Shown here: piece by piece, positions 29,987 through 39,229 of the stretch
Numbering within the stretch: position 1 is the first letter of the stretch
Layout of the letters: each line of letters opens with the position of its first letter
Notes under the pieces: model-generated
The model's database searches: none
The model's input: only the letters and a program-made list of their open reading frames with translations
What the model was told of the DNA's origin: nothing
Position numbers and translations under genes: made by a program
NCBI GenBank assembly: GCA_963743305.1
Contig: CAVUPH010000022.1
Location: 32,001-96,000 of the forward strand
Source of the DNA: an uncultured delta proteobacterium
Lineage (GTDB): Bacteria; Desulfobacterota; RBG-13-43-22
Direction: 5' to 3'
Length of the DNA stretch: 64,000 bases

Positions 29987-30079
29987 ATGATTTTCGTGGC
30001 CTTCATTCTCCTTGGTTTGATCGGCTGGGCCTTATTTTATCCCCGATTGGACGGCTTCCTGACCAGGCGAAAAATTTAA
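29987..30079 (+). CDS. 30-aa single-TM microprotein
   Basis: MIFVAFILLGLIGWALFYPRLDGFLTRRKI; GGAGG RBS; basic C-terminus. Confidence 0.5.
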   Translation: MIFVAFILLGLIGWALFYPRLDGFLTRRKI

Positions 30080-30103
30080 AGAGTCCGGCTATCTTCAAAG
30101 TCT

Positions 30104-30138
30104 CCCTCCATATTTGGAGGCCCCGCCAAATATGGAGG
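30104..30138 (+). promoter_or_regulatory. Tandem palindromic enhancer (UAS), copy 2
   Basis: CCCTCCATATTTGGAGG-CC-CCGCCAAATATGGAGG. Confidence 0.82.
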
Positions 30139-30235
30139 TCCAGCCCATCGTTTCTACCTTCTTTGCTGTTTGCTTCTATTAATATAACTAGCTGGTTTCA
30201 GTGTTTTTTTAAGACTTTTAATTTTTTTCGGGCTG

Positions 30236-30252
30236 TTGGTCAACTACTTGCA
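30236..30252 (+). promoter_or_regulatory. sigma54 promoter, copy 2
   Basis: TTGGtcaactacTTGCA, GG-N10-GC, 99 nt after UAS. Confidence 0.8.
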
Positions 30253-30401
30253 CTTTGGATATTTTGTGAAGGATATTTGCCAAGCCCGAAAAAAGACAAG
30301 GGATGGAGACAGGATTTACGAAAACGCATAGACCCCCAACCATGATCCAGGAATTGGGGAAATCTTGGCTCAGATAGAGCTTAGAAAGGAGGCCGGATAC
30401 C

Positions 30402-30536
30402 ATGCAACTCATATTATCGCCACAGCCGGTGGTTGCGCTAATCGCGGGAATATTGATTCTTCTAATCCCGAGACTATTGAATTATATCGTTGCCATTTAT
30501 CTCATTATATTTGGCATTCTCGGGTTGATCCGCTGA
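30402..30536 (+). CDS. DUF3096 family small membrane protein (44 aa)
   Basis: MQLILSPQPVVALIAGILILLIPRLLNYIVAIYLIIFGILGLIR; AAAGGAGG RBS. Confidence 0.88.
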   Translation: MQLILSPQPVVALIAGILILLIPRLLNYIVAIYLIIFGILGLIR

Positions 30537-30594
30537 TTGGCTGGCGAATCATCTTCAGTTGGGAATAATTTAGTAACAAGAAAGGAGAAAAGCT

Positions 30595-30747
30595 ATGGGA
30601 CTTATATTGATCGTCATCTTAGTCCTGCTACTCATCGGCGTGCTGCCCACCTGGAACCATAGTAAATCCTGGGGGCCCTATCCCAGCGGCGGAATCGGAC
30701 TGATCCTCCTGATTCTGCTCATCCTGTTTCTAATGGGGCGAATCTAA
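30595..30747 (+). CDS. DUF3309 family small membrane protein (50 aa)
   Basis: LIGVLPTWNHSKSWGPYPSGGIGL signature; AAAGGAG RBS. Confidence 0.9.
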   Translation: MGLILIVILVLLLIGVLPTWNHSKSWGPYPSGGIGLILLILLILFLMGRI

Positions 30748-30852
30748 AGGGGGGGTAGGGCAGGTGCATTAGATTCTTACATCCACGTTTCATGCAGAAC
30801 TTGAAAAGGAAGCCAGAGGCCATGCAAATCGGTATGGAGGTTAAATAGATGG

Positions 30853-33372
30853 ATGGGGTTGGCGGTGTGTTTGTTTCTTGGAGCGGCGGCGACTGTTCAG
30901 CCGTCCAAGGCTGCAGACGCACCGGTCATGGTTGTAGGTCGCGTATCTTATATCGAAGGAGATCTGCTCCGATATGTTCCTGAGGAGAAGGACTGGGTGG
31001 CTGTGGTCAGGGATACACCCTTTGGATCAGAGGATACACTCTTCTCCGGAAGCCGGGGGATGGCGGAGCTGATCGTTCCCAACGGGACCTGGATCAGGAT
31101 TGGGAACAGCACCCAAATCCAGTTCTTCACCCTTGATACGGACCTGGCCGAAATGGACGTGGCTTCGGGCGTGGCCCGGTTCTACAACAAAAACCCCGAG
31201 ACGGTCATCAAGGTCACGAGCCCCTTCGGGTACGTCCTGGCTTATTCGGGCACGGTCTTTGACTTCTACGTGGGCGACAACTCCGTTGAAGTCGTTGCCG
31301 TAAAGGGAAGGGTAAGTTTCGTCCACTCGGCAACCGGGGCCAAATACGACGTGGCGGCCGGGTCCGGTTCGATCCTCGCTGACCAGCAGCAGGTATCCTC
31401 CGGCGAGGGAACCGTCGATCCTGACTGGAACCGGTGGAACGGGGGTCGTGAAAACTTTTGGGCGGCAAAGGCCAGGGTGAGGGGCCGCTCGGTCGAATAT
31501 CTTCCTCCCAATCTCCGAGACGAGGCGTATGCCTTTGAGGAGAACGGAAGGTGGGAGCGAGTCCCCTATGAGGGCGCGGAGCGCTGGTGCTGGCGGCCAA
31601 GAGTAGTGGTCGGCTGGTCGCCTTTTACCGTGGGCCGCTGGACCGACTGGTACGGGGACCAGACCTGGATTCCGGCAGAACCCTTCGGTTACGTCACCCA
31701 CCATTACGGCCACTGGATTTACCTGAGGAATTACTGGTACTGGGCCCCGCCGGTGGTGATCGGGCGCGGCGGCCCCCCCATTCTCGACACAGACTTCTTT
31801 TGGAGTCCTGGAAGGGTGTCCTGGATTCACAGTGGAGCGTATGTGGGCTGGGTGCCTCTGGCGCCTCGCGAAACGTACTACAGCTACCACCGCTGGGGAG
31901 GTCCCCATGACGTGGTCGTAACCAAGTCCAATTTCGGGCAGTTCAATCTCAATCCCCGGAATTATGCCTACGCCAACCGTGCCATCGTGGTCCCCCGGGC
32001 AGATTTCTACCGGGTGAGCAATTACCGGGATGTCCGGGTGACCAAAGTTGACCGTGCCAGCATCATCAAGGACTACCGTATGGCGCCGGTCGTCAATAAC
32101 ACGGTGATCGACAATTACACGAAAATCAAGCAGCGGTACAACTACACCAACGTCAAGGTAAACGAGAAGCCCCACAACACCGTGATCAACCGGATTCAGA
32201 AGAATGAGGCGATTATTCATGGAGGCAGGGAAGAAAAAGCTTCCCTGCTCCAGGAGCGAGTGAAGGGCCTGCCGGAGGGGAGGATCAACCGCGAGGCCCG
32301 GATCGAAGCGCCCAGGGTCACGAACTATATCGTACCGGCGAGCGAGGTGAACCGACCGAAATCAGAAATAAAGCTTCAGCAAAAGGAAATTAAAAGGAGC
32401 GGAGAGGGAACAGCGGTGACCCGACCCGGAGTGGCTGTCAAGCCCGGGCAGCAGCCGGCGGCCCGACCGGAGCGCGTGGCGCCGGCCAAGCCGAGTCAGC
32501 CGGAACGGGTAGCGCCGGCGAGGCCGAGTCCGCCGGAGCAGCCGGGTCAAGCCGCCAGACCGGAACGGGTGAGTCCCGCCAGACCGGTGCCGCCGGAACA
32601 GCCGGCGGCCCGACCGGAGCGCGTAGCGCCGGCCAAGCCGAGTCAGCCGGAACGGGTAGCGCCGGCGAGGCCGAGTCCGCCGGAGCAGCCGGGTCAAGCC
32701 GCCAGACCGGAACGAGTGAGTCCCGCCAGACCGGTGCCGCCGGAACAGCCGGCGGCCCGACCGGAGCGCGTAGCGCCGGCCAAGCCGAGTCAGCCGGAAC
32801 GGGTAGCGCCGGCGAGGCCGAGTCCGCCGGAGCAGCCGGGTCAAGCCGCCAGACCGGAACGAGTGAGTCCCGCCAGACCGGTGCCGCCGGAACAGCCGGC
32901 GGCCCGACCGGAGCGCGTGGCGCCGGCCAAGCCGAGTCAGCCGGAACGGGTAGCGCCGGCGAGGCCGAGTCCGTCGGAGCAGCCGGGTCAAGCCGCCAGA
33001 CCGGAACGAGTGAGTCCCGCCAGACCGGCGCCGCCGGAGCAGCCGGCGGCCCGACCGGAGCGCGTGGCGCCGGCCAAGCCGAGTCAGCCGGAACGGGTAG
33101 CGCCGACGAGACCGAGTCCGCCGGAGCAGCCGGGCCAAGCCGCCAGACCGGAACGAGTGAGTCCGGCCAGACCGGCGCCGCCGGAGCAGCCGGCGGCCCG
33201 ACCGGAGCGTGTGGCGCCGGCCAAGCCGAGTCAGCCGGAACGGGTAGCGCCGACAAAACCGAGTCCGCCGGAGCGGCCCGGCCAAGCCGTAGAACCTGAC
33301 CGAACGAAAAAGCAGAAGGAGCCCCCGGATGAGCGTGAGGACCAGCCCGAACAACGGGAGAAGAAGCGATAA
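30853..33372 (+). CDS. Secreted FecR-like/DUF6600 protein with Pro-Arg-rich repeat tail
   Basis: Signal-like N-terminus, FecR-like beta region, W..FTVGRW...EPFGYVTHHYGHW...VGWVPLAP, then tandem repeats. Confidence 0.8.
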   Translation: MGLAVCLFLGAAATVQPSKAADAPVMVVGRVSYIEGDLLRYVPEEKDWVAVVRDTPFGSEDTLFSGSRGMAELIVPNGTWIRIGNSTQIQFFTLDTDLAEMDVASGVARFYNKNPETVIKVTSPFGYVLAYSGTVFDFYVGDNSVEVVAVKGRVSFVHSATGAKYDVAAGSGSILADQQQVSSGEGTVDPDWNRWNGGRENFWAAKARVRGRSVEYLPPNLRDEAYAFEENGRWERVPYEGAERWCWRPRVVVGWSPFTVGRWTDWYGDQTWIPAEPFGYVTHHYGHWIYLRNYWYWAPPVVIGRGGPPILDTDFFWSPGRVSWIHSGAYVGWVPLAPRETYYSYHRWGGPHDVVVTKSNFGQFNLNPRNYAYANRAIVVPRADFYRVSNYRDVRVTKVDRASIIKDYRMAPVVNNTVIDNYTKIKQRYNYTNVKVNEKPHNTVINRIQKNEAIIHGGREEKASLLQERVKGLPEGRINREARIEAPRVTNYIVPASEVNRPKSEIKLQQKEIKRSGEGTAVTRPGVAVKPGQQPAARPERVAPAKPSQPERVAPARPSPPEQPGQAARPERVSPARPVPPEQPAARPERVAPAKPSQPERVAPARPSPPEQPGQAARPERVSPARPVPPEQPAARPERVAPAKPSQPERVAPARPSPPEQPGQAARPERVSPARPVPPEQPAARPERVAPAKPSQPERVAPARPSPSEQPGQAARPERVSPARPAPPEQPAARPERVAPAKPSQPERVAPTRPSPPEQPGQAARPERVSPARPAPPEQPAARPERVAPAKPSQPERVAPTKPSPPERPGQAVEPDRTKKQKEPPDEREDQPEQREKKR
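32452..33288 (+). repeat. 147-bp (49-aa) coding tandem repeat, about 5.7 copies
   Basis: Units start at 32452, 32599 and so on; QPAARPERVAPAKPSQPERVAPARPSPPEQPGQAARPERVSPARPVPPE. Confidence 0.95.
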
Positions 33373-33416
33373 GGCAGGCTGGGAACGAAGACGATTGATC
33401 GCCAGAGGAGATCCAA

Positions 33417-33617
33417 ATGATAAAACGGGGTAAGAGGGTCATGGCGGCATTAGTAATGGGTGCTTTGATTGCAGGGCTATCCTGCTGCCAGAAAAAAGAG
33501 GGTCCGCTGGAGAGCGCGGGTAAGCAAATGGATAAGGCGGTGGAAAAGGCCGGGCAGCAGATCGAAAAGACTGGGGATAAAATCGAGGATACGGCAAAAG
33601 ACGCTAATAGAAAATAG
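33417..33617 (+). CDS. Small lipoprotein-like protein
   Basis: GAGGAG RBS, signal with LSCC, then EGPLESAGKQMDKAVEKAG amphipathic repeats. Confidence 0.75.
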   Translation: MIKRGKRVMAALVMGALIAGLSCCQKKEGPLESAGKQMDKAVEKAGQQIEKTGDKIEDTAKDANRK

Positions 33618-33785
33618 CCTTGTGGGTGGCGCCATTCGCTCACCGTATTTGGCATCGTTTCCACCTGGATGAGCAATAAGAGAACACCGTTTTGTCCAGG
33701 GGGTGGGGTCTCCAGGGCGCGGCCTTATTATTTTCTGTTTGCCGTGTTCTCATTATCGAACCGATGGGAGTGGGGAAATAAGTAA

Positions 33786-34880
33786 ATGGAGGATAAGGGG
33801 AAGGGCCCGGCCAAGGCGCCCGCGATATTGATACTGGCCGGTTTTGTCATTGTGGTGGCAGGGATGAAGGCGGCCAGTTCCCTCCTGGTTCCTTTTTTTC
33901 TAGCGGTGTTCATTGCGGTCATTTGCGCTCCGCCATTATTCTGGCTGCAACGCCAGGGCGTGCCGAAGTTTATGGCGCTTCTTTCCATTCTGGCGGCCAT
34001 CCTGGCTGTAGGATTACTCTTTGGCTTATTGATAGGGCCCTCGCTGAATCATTTCTTGACCTCTCTTCCCGGCTATCAAGAGCGCTTATCGACCCATATT
34101 GTTTCTTTATTGAGCTGGCTGCGCGAAAAGGGCGTTAACATTCCAGCCGGAGAGGTGCCGGGTACTTTACACGCGGGATGGGTAATGAATTGGGCGGGAA
34201 GCATATTCTCCGCCCTGAGCGGGGTCCTCACCAATGGGTTTCTGATCCTGCTTACGGTTGTCTTCATCCTGCTGGAGGCAGCAGATTTGCCAAAGAAATT
34301 GCGAGTCGTATTACCAAATCCGGAGAGGTCGCTGGCTGCTATTGAGCAATTCAGCCGGAGCGCCAAACGCTATTTGGTCATTAAAACCCTGATCAGCGCG
34401 GCCGTCGGCCTGGCGATCTGGCTTTGGCTCATAATCCTCGGGGTCGATTATCCGGTGCTCTGGGGAACGCTCTCCTTTTTGCTGAACTATGTGCCTAATA
34501 TTGGCGCAATCATTGCTGCCGTTCCGGTAGCCCTTCTCGCTCTAGTCCAGTTAGGGGTGGGATCTGCCCTTCTGGCGGTCCTTGGCTTTGTCGTGGTGCA
34601 TATTGTTTTGGGTAGTATCATTGAACCGAAACTGACAGGCAAAGGCCTGGGTTTGTCGGTGCTGGTCGTCTTCCTTTCCATGGTTTTCTGGGGATGGGTC
34701 CTGGGACCGATTGGTATGATTCTTTCAGTGCCCATAACCAGGTTGGCCACGATCGCGCTGGAAAGTTTTGAAAAAACACGGGGGCTGGCCTTCATGCTGG
34801 GATCCGAAACCGAGATTGAGTGGGTCGAAGAGTTGGAGATGGCGGATGCGATAAAGCGCGAAAAAAAGAAGGATCGATGA
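33786..34880 (+). CDS. AI-2E family transporter
   Basis: LVPFFLAVF, LNYVPNIG, IEPKLTG, FWGWVLGPIGMILSVP. Confidence 0.92.
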   Translation: MEDKGKGPAKAPAILILAGFVIVVAGMKAASSLLVPFFLAVFIAVICAPPLFWLQRQGVPKFMALLSILAAILAVGLLFGLLIGPSLNHFLTSLPGYQERLSTHIVSLLSWLREKGVNIPAGEVPGTLHAGWVMNWAGSIFSALSGVLTNGFLILLTVVFILLEAADLPKKLRVVLPNPERSLAAIEQFSRSAKRYLVIKTLISAAVGLAIWLWLIILGVDYPVLWGTLSFLLNYVPNIGAIIAAVPVALLALVQLGVGSALLAVLGFVVVHIVLGSIIEPKLTGKGLGLSVLVVFLSMVFWGWVLGPIGMILSVPITRLATIALESFEKTRGLAFMLGSETEIEWVEELEMADAIKREKKKDR

Positions 34881-35728
34881 GATTCAAACGGCTCAAAAAG
34901 ATTCTCAAAGACTTCGGTTTCCTCTGGCAGGCTCTGAAAAAATTCAATGATGACAATGGGTTCTTTTTATCCGCGGGGATTGCCTTCAATATCCTCCTCA
35001 ATTTGATTCCTTTTATCATGCTGTTATTGGCCCTGGTGGGAACCTATCTCTACAACGACCGGGAAGTGCTCAATCATATTCGGGCCTATTTCAGGGATGT
35101 GGCCCCAGCCTTGGATCCAAAGATTACGAGCAATCTGATGGACGTTATCCAGAACCGTCAGGTTGTGGGAATTTTGGGGTTTGTCGGTTTGCTCTGGTTC
35201 TCCACCTGGCTTTTCAGCTCCCTGCGCGTCGCTCTCAATATGGTGTTTCGGGAGGAGAAAAGCCGAAGAATGCTTCGAGGGGTAGCCGTGGATCTTTTAA
35301 TGATTCTCCTGGCGGGAATCCTCCTCCTGGTGAGCATGATTCTTAGCTCTTTTGCCACTGTCCTACCGGATTACCAGGGACGGATTCCAGTGGCCATAGG
35401 ACCGACGATTCAATGGACCCTCAAGTACCTATTTCCTTTTGCCCTCACCTATTGCATGTTTTTCTTGATTTACAAAATCATCCCTAACCAGAGAGTCCAC
35501 TTCCTATCCGCCCTTCAGGCGGCCCTTTTTTCCGGTGTGCTCTGGGAACTGGCCAAACATCTATTTACCTGGTATGTGGTCCACCTCGCCCAGTACTCTT
35601 TTTTCTATGGCTCATTCAGTACCGTGATCATTTTCGTGTTGTGGGTCTATTATTCTTCGACGATTCTCATGGTGGGCGGGGAGTTTGCCTATTTCTTGGA
35701 AGAAGATCGACAGGGATCCGCGGCCTGA
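34877..35728 (+). CDS. YihY/BrkB family membrane protein
   Basis: SAGIAF, YKIIPN, YGSF....LWVYYS...GGE; ATGA overlap with upstream stop. Confidence 0.9.
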   Translation: MRFKRLKKILKDFGFLWQALKKFNDDNGFFLSAGIAFNILLNLIPFIMLLLALVGTYLYNDREVLNHIRAYFRDVAPALDPKITSNLMDVIQNRQVVGILGFVGLLWFSTWLFSSLRVALNMVFREEKSRRMLRGVAVDLLMILLAGILLLVSMILSSFATVLPDYQGRIPVAIGPTIQWTLKYLFPFALTYCMFFLIYKIIPNQRVHFLSALQAALFSGVLWELAKHLFTWYVVHLAQYSFFYGSFSTVIIFVLWVYYSSTILMVGGEFAYFLEEDRQGSAA

Positions 35729-35784
35729 AAAGATCAGTATCTTGGAAGGCCGATAACAAAGAAGCGAAAAACGGAGGTGAAACC

Positions 35785-35922
35785 AGGCCAAAGGTTGTCA
35801 TGGTCGGCGCGGGAAGTGTGGGAACAACGCTGGCCCACACGTTGCAGATCACCGGCGTGGCCATGGAGATCGTTTTAATCGACAGAAATCACGAGCCGGC
35901 CGAGGGTCAGGCGCTGGCCTAA
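35785..35922 (+). pseudogene. L-lactate/malate dehydrogenase N-terminal remnant
   Basis: KVVMVGAGSVGTTLA...EIVLIDRNHEPAEGQALA* is the Rossmann start, truncated at about 45 aa. Confidence 0.7.
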
Positions 35923-36037
35923 TGGTCGTTAAAATACTGCCATTTTTCTGCTAAAATTACAGTTTCCCCCCATTCCAATCATTGCCCGTCCCGGTTATCC
36001 TGCCAACTGTAAGGATGTCCGGCTGTCTTTTAAGTTT

Positions 36038-36072
36038 CCCTCAATATATGGAGGCCCCGCCAAATATGGAGG
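36038..36072 (+). promoter_or_regulatory. Tandem palindromic enhancer (UAS), copy 3
   Basis: CCCTCAATATATGGAGG-CC-CCGCCAAATATGGAGG. Confidence 0.82.
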
Positions 36073-36117
36073 TCCGGCACCTCATTTCAACCTTCTTTAC
36101 GGTGAGCTCCATTAATA

Positions 36118-36130
36118 TAACTTGTTGATA
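36118..36130 (-). promoter_or_regulatory. IHF binding site
   Basis: Reverse complement TATCAACAAGTTA is an exact WATCAANNNNTTR match; degenerate versions at the same offset at 15527-15539, 30185-30197 and 60372-60384. Confidence 0.7.
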
Positions 36131-36167
36131 TAAAATAGGTTTAAGACTTATTTTTTTCCACCGGCTA

Positions 36168-36184
36168 TTGGTAGGCTACTTGCA
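36168..36184 (+). promoter_or_regulatory. sigma54 promoter, copy 3
   Basis: TTGGtaggctacTTGCA, GG-N10-GC, 97 nt after UAS. Confidence 0.8.
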
Positions 36185-36359
36185 ATGGTATTTAATAGAA
36201 TGGAATTTAAATAAATGAACTTAAATAAATTTAGGAGGCGTAAAATGAATTGAGACATCAAGGATGGTTAAACTCGAAAAAAAAATTTGGGACCTGAAGC
36301 AAGAAATTTAGTCCAAAAAACCGGAAACTTGTCATTAATCACCCAAAAGGAGACCGATC

Positions 36360-36863
36360 ATGAAACGAATTGCTCAGCAGTTTACTAATTCAACGGTAGT
36401 GGTTATTTCGGCGGTGGCCTTCTTGGTCACTATCGCTTTCGCCGGCGCCAATCTTTCCCGGGCGGCCTCGGCCGAACCGGCCCAGAAGCCCCCGGCTAAG
36501 GTCTCTAAAAAGGTCTCTAAAGTCGACCGTACCGAGGCTCGCATTAAAGACCTTCAGGCCAAGCTCAAGATCACACCGGCCCAGGAGGAGCTATGGAATA
36601 AGGTCACCCAGGTGATGCGGGACAATGCCAAAACGATGGAGGCCCTTTACCAGGCCAGGGTCGAAAAAGCAAAGGACTTGACCGCCGTCGAGGATCTCAA
36701 ATCCTATAGCGAAATCGCCCAGGCCCACGCGGAGGGGCTCAAGAATTTCATCCCGGCCTTCGAGGCGCTCTATGCCAGCATGTCGGACGAGCAGAAAAAA
36801 GATGCGGATACCCTGTTCCGCTATGGCGGTCATCATAGGAAGGGCAAGGGCAGAAGCAAATGA
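36360..36863 (+). CDS. Spy/CpxP (LTXXQ) family periplasmic protein
   Basis: Signal peptide, LKITPAQEELW and LYASMSDEQKKDAD motifs. Confidence 0.85.
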   Translation: MKRIAQQFTNSTVVVISAVAFLVTIAFAGANLSRAASAEPAQKPPAKVSKKVSKVDRTEARIKDLQAKLKITPAQEELWNKVTQVMRDNAKTMEALYQARVEKAKDLTAVEDLKSYSEIAQAHAEGLKNFIPAFEALYASMSDEQKKDADTLFRYGGHHRKGKGRSK

Positions 36864-36904
36864 TCGCCGGCCTGACAACCACACGTCAAGAAAGGAAGGG
36901 ACTT

Positions 36905-37192
36905 ATGAAAATTTCGATAGTCGGTAAGATCATGATGGCGCTTATCTTTTTCTCCCTGATCGGCGGAATCTCCGCGGGGCCGGCGCTCGGCAGAAATGGC
37001 GATAGAGTCCAAAGGCCGCAGCAACGCGGCTGGGCCGATGACCGCGACCGGCATTGGGATCGCGGACGGCGAGGATATCGGTCCCGCGGTTACTACGACC
37101 GGGGACCCGTTTATGGTCCACCGATCTACGCTGTCCCGGTCCCATCGCCGGGCGTCAGGATCTTCCTCCCCTTCCCGTTTGATATTCGCTAG
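36905..37192 (+). CDS. Small secreted Arg/Gly/Tyr/Pro-rich protein
   Basis: Signal peptide ending PALG, low-complexity RD/RG tract, YGPP.Y..P tail; AAGGAAGG upstream. Confidence 0.65.
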   Translation: MKISIVGKIMMALIFFSLIGGISAGPALGRNGDRVQRPQQRGWADDRDRHWDRGRRGYRSRGYYDRGPVYGPPIYAVPVPSPGVRIFLPFPFDIR

Positions 37193-37307
37193 GGGAATCC
37201 TCAACGTCGATCGCCGATTGCTCACGGTTGCCTTTCTCTGCGCCGTCGTGAGCAATCGGGTTCGATGAGGATAAATAGATAACACTTAAAGAAGAAAGTA
37301 TGGAAAA

Positions 37308-37478
37308 ATGAAAAAAATCATTATGTTATGGATTGTGTTGGGGATGATATCCGTATCTCTGGGGGGCTGTTTTATACCCTATTATGATGACGGTGGAGGA
37401 TACCGTGGACGTGATGGAGACAGAGGCGACAGACATGACCGCGGGGGCAGAGACGACAGATATGATCATAGATACTAA
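37308..37478 (+). CDS. 56-aa lipoprotein with Arg/Asp/Gly-rich tail
   Basis: MKKIIMLWIVLGMISVSLGG-CFIPYYDDGGGYRGRDGDRGDRHDRGGRDDRYDHRY; lipobox LGGC. Confidence 0.7.
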   Translation: MKKIIMLWIVLGMISVSLGGCFIPYYDDGGGYRGRDGDRGDRHDRGGRDDRYDHRY

Positions 37479-37547
37479 AGGGGCCGAAGGGGCTTTTTGT
37501 TCGCCCCGGATCTCGGATTATTCCTTTAAAAAAGGGGGGGATAAAAC

Positions 37548-37814
37548 ATGGCAGCATTTGATCGAGGCAAAGGACTGGCCAAGGGATTTTTTTGGGGTGG
37601 CCTAATTGGGCTGGTGATCGGCATCCTCCTGACCACGAAAAGGGAAAAGGCGACCTGGGAGGAAATCGGGAAATCCGCGGATGCACTGGTTGATAAAACC
37701 AAGGAGCAGATGGGACAGGCGCGGAGGAAAATGGAGGAACTGGCGAATCGGAGGAAGGATTCATCCGCCGGGGAACAGGAAAGTCCACAGGAAGCCAGTG
37801 CCCCTCAGTTATAA
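37548..37814 (+). CDS. YtxH domain protein
   Basis: GFFWGGLIGLVIGILL followed by charged helix. Confidence 0.75.
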   Translation: MAAFDRGKGLAKGFFWGGLIGLVIGILLTTKREKATWEEIGKSADALVDKTKEQMGQARRKMEELANRRKDSSAGEQESPQEASAPQL

Positions 37815-37911
37815 GGGGCATTATGAGAAGAACCCTCCGTTCCCGATGGCTGATCGAACAATCAACCAGAATACCCGCAGTCAAACCGAAGTTCGAGAGG
37901 AGGAAACCATT

Positions 37912-38091
37912 ATGAAATCCAGCACCGAAGACCAGGCTCAAGGCAAGTTTCATGAAGTGAAGGGTAAGGTTAAGGAGGAAATCGGCAAACTCACCTCAAA
38001 TCCCACGCTGGAAGCCGAAGGCCAAAGCGAGAAGGGCGCCGGAAAAGTCCAACAAGTGGTCGGTAAGGTCAAGAATATCCTGGGGAAGTAG
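37912..38091 (+). CDS. CsbD/YjbJ family stress protein
   Basis: MKSSTEDQAQGKFHEVKGKVKE...LEAEG; GAGGAGG RBS; paralog of 15120-15299. Confidence 0.92.
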   Translation: MKSSTEDQAQGKFHEVKGKVKEEIGKLTSNPTLEAEGQSEKGAGKVQQVVGKVKNILGK

Positions 38092-38230
38092 CGGAGGTCC
38101 AGACGGTCCTCTGCTACGCGGCCTCAAGGTTCGAATGAGCATGGCCGTTGAATAGTTCTTCTGCAGTGCCTAAGCCGGAGCGGACCTTGTTGGCCCGCTT
38201 CCGATAACAAGAGAGGAGGTGTATTCGATC

Positions 38231-38422
38231 ATGCCTTTAACGCAAGTCATTGTGGTTCTGATCGTGGTGGGTGTTATTCTCTGGCTCATCAACCGATTCA
38301 TCCCCATGGCGGGCTCCATTAAGTCGATTTTGAATGCCGTCGTGGTTATCGTCGTTGTCCTGTGGCTCCTGAGTGTTTTTGGGATTTTGGGTTCCCTTTC
38401 TCAAATCCGCGTAGGGAAGTAA
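38231..38422 (+). CDS. Thivi_2564-like small membrane protein
   Basis: LIVVGVILWLINRFIPMAGSIKSILNAVVVIVVVLWLL; GAGGAGG upstream. Confidence 0.8.
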   Translation: MPLTQVIVVLIVVGVILWLINRFIPMAGSIKSILNAVVVIVVVLWLLSVFGILGSLSQIRVGK

Positions 38423-38589
38423 CACCCTTGGTTCAGCGCGGATGGGGCCCCGTCGTCATGATTGAAAACGAAGCCATCCGCGCGCGGGAAACGTTAGTGG
38501 GGTTCTATTGGGAAAAGCGCAGTGGTACGGCTTTCGGCCGCCAAGTAAGAACCCGTCAAGAAATAAGCTGTACAATGCCGCTAATATCT

Positions 38590-38656
38590 CCGTTCATGCT
38601 GAGCCTGTCGAAGCATTGCCGTATCGTTCACCCTTCGACAAGCTCAGGGCGAACGG
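38590..38656. repeat. REP-like intergenic palindrome
   Basis: CCGTTCATGCTGAGCCTGTCGAAG ... CTTCGACAAGCTCAGGGCGAACGG inverted arms. Confidence 0.8.
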
Positions 38657-38773
38657 TTGTAGGGCCGTTTGTTAAGGTTATTTGTTTACAGATCCTAAGG
38701 ATAACCGGACTACCCCTTATCCTGAAATCTGCGTTGGACTTTTTTGACAATGTTTTTTTAGAAAGGAAATATC

Positions 38774-39052
38774 ATGCCGACGACCTTAAAATCCAAGAGT
38801 ATAGATGAATTACTGGCGGAGGCCGATGAACTTGTCCAAAAATATAATTCCGAATTCCTCGAAGACCTGAAAGAGGAGCATCGCCTCCAGTTTGAAAAAC
38901 ATGCTCAAAAATTGCAGGAAATCAAATCTGAAATTCAGGCCAAGACCGAGGAGAAAGGAACCATAGAATCTTTTTCCACGGCCGAGGGAATGCACCAGGC
39001 GGTCCTGGATATTATCAAGGCCATGAAGGATTTAACGAGTTACTTTTCCTGA
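38774..39052 (+). CDS. Hypothetical helical protein
   Basis: AAAGGA RBS, 92-aa charged helical ORF. Confidence 0.7.
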   Translation: MPTTLKSKSIDELLAEADELVQKYNSEFLEDLKEEHRLQFEKHAQKLQEIKSEIQAKTEEKGTIESFSTAEGMHQAVLDIIKAMKDLTSYFS

Positions 39053-39229
39053 TTTTCGACAAAGGGGTTCATCCAACGGTAATAGCGCGCCTCTTTTTAA
39101 TTCTCTCCCGCGGGGGCGCATAGACAGCGATCCCTGACCACGAGCCGATTACCTGAAGCCGTCCGGAACCGACCAGATCATCGCGGGCGATGGCGACGGG
39201 TACAACCCCAAGCCCGAAGAGGCGACCGG

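Noticed and set aside
32452-33288. Tandem array as CRISPR or ncRNA array
   Set aside because: No unique spacers; the unit is a multiple of 3 and in frame within a protein
31027-33676. Long minus-strand ORFs (397, 330, 412 aa)
   Set aside because: Antisense products of the GC-rich repeat gene
37384-37605. 73-aa track ORF MMTVEDT...
   Set aside because: Shifted frame of the 37308-37478 lipoprotein, which has a clear signal and lipobox
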